Below, piece after piece: positions 63,001 to 64,000 of a stretch of 64,000 bases of DNA; positions within the stretch are counted from its first letter, which is position 1, and each line of letters starts with the position of its first letter. The notes under the pieces were generated by a model, which had not been told where the DNA came from, did not search any database, and saw nothing but the letters and a program-made list of their open reading frames with translations. This DNA is from Diadema antillarum (taxonomy: Eukaryota), in assembly GCF_040938485.1 (NCBI RefSeq), contig NW_027271391.1:186001-250000 (forward strand), in the 5' to 3' direction. A program made the translations under genes and the position numbers.

Positions 63001-64000
63001 AAGAACAGTCCGGAGGCAGCGCAGACAATATGGAGAAGACTCATTGGAATATCTGGCAGAGAATAAGAATAACAACCATTCATATTTCATTACACTGTAC
63101 GTACAAATACTTGTCCCATACAACTGATGACATTAAGTGTGTTGACAAGTTTTGGTGGACATGGTATTCAGCAAGTTCCTATCTTTTTGTTTGACTTTGC
63201 TCTTCATTTCCCATTTATATTGATTTAATAAAAAAACTAAATCAATTATTGTAATCAATTAAATGCTTGACACTGGTGCTGGTCCAATGGTCCCACATCC
63301 GCAAAAATCATTGTCAGGCCAGTAACTGTTCAGGAAGTGCCAAATTCACTGGTCCAACATGCCATGACTGGTATTAGTGGTTTTAAAAAAAAAAAAGGAA
63401 ATTGTCCAGGCCAGTCGAAAAGAACAGGACTAGTAAAATATGGGAACTATCTACTGGTCCAACAGAAATAGGTTGGACCAGTAGAAAAAAATGAAGCCAT
63501 GCTGTAATAGTGGGAACTTTTTGCATATTTTGCATGACCAGAAATAACCACAAATCTAGAAGAACACAAATTTGTATGCTTCCTATACATACAAGTATGT
63601 ACCATTCTACCAATATGTAATGTCTTTATTCCATGGAAATAAAAACATACAAAATTCATCTTACTCAGTCGAGTACAAAAAAATTACTCGAGCACAAATT
63701 TCTAAAGCATGGAGTGTAAGAAAATTCCATTTATTATCCACAATGTGTTTAATATCAATCTTCTGGAAAACAAACTGATTCAAGCATGCAAATGTATAGC
63801 GTAATGAAGACAACGTTAAGTGCCTAATTTTTCCACGAGATTCTTTTACATGCTATCCTCTATCTCTCCTTGTCTCACAGGTCTCAAATTTCTTATTAAA
63901 GCTTCCTTCACTTGCTAATCCTTACCCAGCAAGGCCGACACTCTGAGACTACCACACAGGAGCAGTAATGGTACCATCATATCTAGCCCCTGGCGGGCCA
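50810..64000 (-). CDS. PORCN: Protein-serine O-palmitoleoyltransferase porcupine (MBOAT), 5' end outside the window
   Basis: Hand-spliced join: 63926->64000 (partial), 62854-63052, 62385-62428, 60120-60301, 59271-59377, 58421-58549, 57111-57211, 54601-54677, 53717-53780, 53095-53180, 52377-52484, 50810-50911. All GT-AG and in frame. Motifs [46 protein letters not shown] and catalytic VLH|G. Confidence 0.95.
51658..52295. mobile_element. PIF/Harbinger-like non-autonomous element with ATA flanks
   Basis: TIR AGCTGTGTCCAGACG / CGTCTGAACATGGCT; ATA at 51655-51657 and 52296-52298; internal palindromes. Confidence 0.7.
52377..52484 (-). CDS. PORCN: PORCN coding exon 11
   Basis: [36 protein letters not shown], 108 nt. 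Confidence 0.95.
52523..52568. repeat. (GGAT)n microsatellite
   Basis: Direct reading, just upstream of the PORCN exon 11 acceptor. Confidence 0.9.
53095..53180 (-). CDS. PORCN: PORCN coding exon 10
   Basis: (V)[28 protein letters not shown], 86 nt. Confidence 0.93.
53717..53780 (-). CDS. PORCN: PORCN coding exon 9
   Basis: [21 protein letters not shown], 64 nt. Confidence 0.95.
54601..54677 (-). CDS. PORCN: PORCN coding exon 8 (catalytic His)
   Basis: (Y)[25 protein letters not shown], 77 nt. Confidence 0.95.
55229..55308. repeat. Perfect 40-bp tandem duplication
   Basis: TTATCATACAAAAAATAATGTATTTGTTCAAAATATTTAG x2. Confidence 0.92.
55690..56750. promoter_or_regulatory. Promoter-like island within PORCN intron 7
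   Basis: Two CpG-rich blocks flanking eight exact TAACGTTA palindromes, plus TAGGCCTA and ACTACAA motifs. Confidence 0.4.
56799..56983. mobile_element. Foldback MITE with ATA flanks
   Basis: ~66-bp near-perfect inverted arms ACAGATATCGACTGGTATGGGGTGGAATGTAAC...; ATA on both sides. Confidence 0.8.
57111..57211 (-). CDS. PORCN: PORCN coding exon 7
   Basis: [33 protein letters not shown], 101 nt. Confidence 0.95.
57975..58168. mobile_element. hAT-like MITE
   Basis: TIR CAGAGATGTGAGAGT / ACTCTCACATCCCTG; TSD degenerate. Confidence 0.55.
58306..58391 (+). mobile_element. ~85-bp piggyBac-like MITE
   Basis: TTAA|CCCGTTGAGGA...TCCTCAACAGG; inverted relative to the copy at 60661-60745. Confidence 0.78.
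58421..58549 (-). CDS. PORCN: PORCN coding exon 6
   Basis: [42 protein letters not shown](W), 129 nt. Confidence 0.95.
59271..59377 (-). CDS. PORCN: PORCN coding exon 5
   Basis: [35 protein letters not shown](K), 107 nt. Confidence 0.9.
59998..60077. repeat. (AATC)20 microsatellite
   Basis: Perfect array ending ~40 nt from the PORCN exon 4 donor. Confidence 0.95.
60120..60301 (-). CDS. PORCN: PORCN coding exon 4
   Basis: [61 protein letters not shown], 182 nt. Confidence 0.95.
60661..60745 (-). mobile_element. 85-bp piggyBac-like MITE
   Basis: TTAA on both sides, CCC/GG termini. Confidence 0.8.
61838..62202. mobile_element. Kolobok-like MITE (family K2) in a PORCN intron
   Basis: Same orientation and sequence family as 8670-9035; left TSD mutated to TTAC. 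Confidence 0.68.
62385..62428 (-). CDS. PORCN: PORCN coding exon 3
   Basis: (W)[15 protein letters not shown], 44 nt. Confidence 0.92.
62854..63052 (-). CDS. PORCN: PORCN coding exon 2
   Basis: (D)[65 protein letters not shown], 199 nt. Confidence 0.92.
63926..64000 (-). CDS. PORCN: PORCN coding exon 1 (truncated by window edge)
   Basis: [25 protein letters not shown]|gtaagg. Confidence 0.8.

Noticed and set aside
27345-64000. Functional coupling of adjacent PORCN and ACOX1 (both use fatty acyl-CoA)
   Set aside because: Head-to-tail adjacency alone is no evidence; there is no shared promoter and synteny cannot be tested here.

Overview
AT-rich eukaryotic genomic DNA (~37% GC by eye) with three N gaps. 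Intron style and repeat families suggest a marine deuterostome, most likely a sea urchin; this taxon call is inference. Two multi-exon genes on the minus strand can be fully spliced by hand. ACOX1-type peroxisomal acyl-CoA oxidase is complete: 15 coding exons, 45187->27345, 663 aa, ending in PTS1 AKL. Porcupine (PORCN) has 12 coding exons, 64000->50810, with the first exon cut by the window edge. A third, unidentified spliced minus-strand gene probably starts near 18.7 kb. The rest is intronic or intergenic DNA dense in non-autonomous DNA transposons (Kolobok-like TTAA, TA-flanked Tc1/pogo-like, CAGAG 6-bp-TSD, piggyBac-like, ATA-flanked foldbacks, a Helentron-like element), SINEs, L1-like relics and a decayed Gypsy element. 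The most unusual observations are: (1) a Gypsy relic with a C2H2 zinc-finger ORF behind a splice acceptor downstream of integrase; (2) a 334-bp insert with a 12-bp TSD, a perfect 48-bp inverted repeat and an internal tRNA-like box; (3) a possible ghost copy of ACOX1 exon 13 at the end of an intron absent from human ACOX1; (4) a promoter-like island inside a PORCN intron; (5) inverted MITEs flanking three PORCN exons.
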